Shown here: positions 62,350 to 64,000 of the stretch, piece by piece
How positions within the stretch are numbered: the stretch's first letter is position 1
Layout of the letters: each line of letters begins with the position of its first letter
NCBI GenBank assembly: GCA_003693705.1
Contig: RBZT01000656.1
Span: 62,001-126,000 of the forward strand
Source of the DNA: Polymyxa betae A26-41
Lineage: Eukaryota > Protista > Endomyxa: Phytomyxea
Length of the DNA stretch: 64,000 nt
Direction: 5' to 3'
Notes under the pieces: model-generated
The model's database searches: none
The model's input: only the letters and a program-made list of their open reading frames with translations
What the model was told of the DNA's origin: nothing
Program-made: the position numbers and the translations under genes

Positions 62350-63870
62350 TCAGATGTTGGAATCTGGTGCAATGAATGGACGTATCTGCCTGATAGATGT
62401 CACCAGCCTCTGATATTCGGAATGATGGTTGGCGCTAAGGGCATCAGGGACTTCAGCCCAAACCACCATTAAACTATCGACAATGCTTTCAACCATAGTC
62501 ACAGCCAAGAACATCATCGCGAATCCGATAGAATACGAAAGAGTTACAACCATCGCAATATACGAGTGCCCTCCGATTAAGAAGTAGAAAATGCTTCCGA
62601 TAACAACCCTAGTCGCATATCAGTGAGACCACGTGCGTCATTATGGACGAGCGCGCTCTTACCCAAAAAGGCCACCGATCGAGGCTGAGGCCCAAACCAC
62701 GACATAGGTGAAGTTGTAGTTGACAAATACATCAACGGCACGAGTTCGAAGCAGTGTGCTAGTTTTTTCTACAGCAGAGCAGAAATCGACGCCCTGTTAG
62801 GATTCATTGATCCAATTTGATAAAGGCCGATAACGTACCCAAACTGCAACGTAGCTGAAAGCGAATCTTGTGACGAAATTCGATGAGTATTCCAGAATTC
62901 CAAAAATGCACGCTGCCAAGCAAGACCCTGGAGCGCCAGTTTGCACAGATCCTTGAGCCAGTATCCGCAATGTCTGCGCTATGGCAATCGCCAATGAACC
63001 GAAACAGATAGACCCGAAGCGGGTTTTGAAGATTTGAGCCGCATCAGCGGATAATTCGAAACTGGATTGTGGCGTGAAATACCACGAGGAGAGGACACTT
63101 CCGCTCATAACATAGATGACACTGATGGTGACGTTCGCTGCCCAGATTTGATTGATAAACATCAGAAGGATAAACACTAGTGAACTGGAGCTGCTAATTG
63201 CAACCAGCCAGATAACACTATACAGGATCAATGCGGACTGAGCGATAAACACTGTTCGTATTAAGAGATTCGATCGTTGGCAGCCGAATGAAATTTCCAG
63301 CAAAACGGAAGTGAAATCTAATCCTATTGAAAAATCTCAATCAATGAAAACATGATCTTCAGGATCAGACATACTGTGTCGCATAGACAGATACAAAGCG
63401 CCAGCCGCAGTGCAACAAAACACTGCAATAATAGCAGAGTACCATATGCCATGAGCTGACGAGATAAGCCCAATGCCACTCCATAGTAAGATGTTGACAG
63501 CGGTAGAGAATCCGATTATGTTGGGCGAGAATTGCGGTCGCGACATCATCGCGATCCATACGAACCCGAAGAGTGCAGAAGCATATGCACACAATACCAA
63601 AGCAACGACGGCGCTGAAAGGAACATCGCAGATATTCAAGATCTGATTGCGATGGCAGACTGAACCTCCAAACAGATTGATGATGGCTGCTAGACACACA
63701 ACAGCAACGCTGGCAGCGAAAATTACAGTCCAGATGACACCATGGACTTTGAACTGGCTGCTATCAGGCGGACCCAAACGATTCGCTTCGTCAGCTTGCG
63801 GCGGGCTAGAACTTGGCGCTGGCTCGGGCCCGCGATCACTTTGAGCCAGAAGGCTCTCGGTGTCGGCCAT
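62350..63870 (-). CDS. Choline transporter-like (CTL/PNS1, SLC44) membrane protein
   Basis: FGSICFGSL, AFSYVAVWG.DFCSA, SIVDSLMVVWAE.P; many TM segments. Confidence 0.85.
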
Positions 63871-64000
63871 GTCTCAATTCGTACGAATGATCAAGCGCAA
63901 AGGAAACGAAAAGGTCTAACAGGATTACTGTAAGGGTGCGCAGCCCGACTTATTACGATTATGATCTTTGACTTAGTACCATAGAGCTCCTGGAGCATAG

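Noticed and set aside
1-64000. CRISPR arrays, rRNA/tRNA genes, operons, or an alternative genetic code to explain the fragmented ORFs
   Set aside because: None seen. The ORF fragmentation I examined is explained by short GT-AG spliceosomal introns.

Overview
Gene-dense eukaryotic DNA: about 30 protein-coding genes broken by many short (~45-60 nt) GT-AG introns, with intergenic gaps often under 150 bp. The short introns, mid-range GC, a flagellar PGP-repeat gene, TTTAGGG-like motifs and secreted effector-like proteins suggest a compact protist genome, most plausibly a plasmodiophorid (Phytomyxea, Rhizaria); this assignment is inference. Recognisable genes are an SLC19 carrier, PIG-Q, DNA2, CSN6, Nup205, mL46, CPSF2, a MoCF/CinA-type protein, AP-5 mu, a GT-A glycosyltransferase-like protein, arginine deiminase, PUB and SET domain proteins, a SYP7-like SNARE, STN1, ADA2, GAA1, an STPG/SHIPPO-repeat protein, gelsolin/severin, PDH E2, DPH5, uS17m, an LRR protein, a cyclin and a CTL/PNS1 transporter. 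A repeat and pseudogene island occupies ~27.9-31.1 kb. The main observations are: (1) an arginine deiminase that appears spliced in frame to a second, catalytically dead CtlX-like pentein domain; (2) a Crinkler/RHS-type nuclease pseudogene broken by LTR-like repeats, whose two diverged copies keep a 10-bp stem with a compensatory base-pair change; (3) two convergent genes whose stop codons overlap in one TTAA; (4) three candidate secreted effectors (all-Cys RING, DPBB plus poly-Q, His/Asp-rich); (5) a recurring ACTGCGCA promoter motif. All gene models were assembled by eye, so boundaries are approximate.
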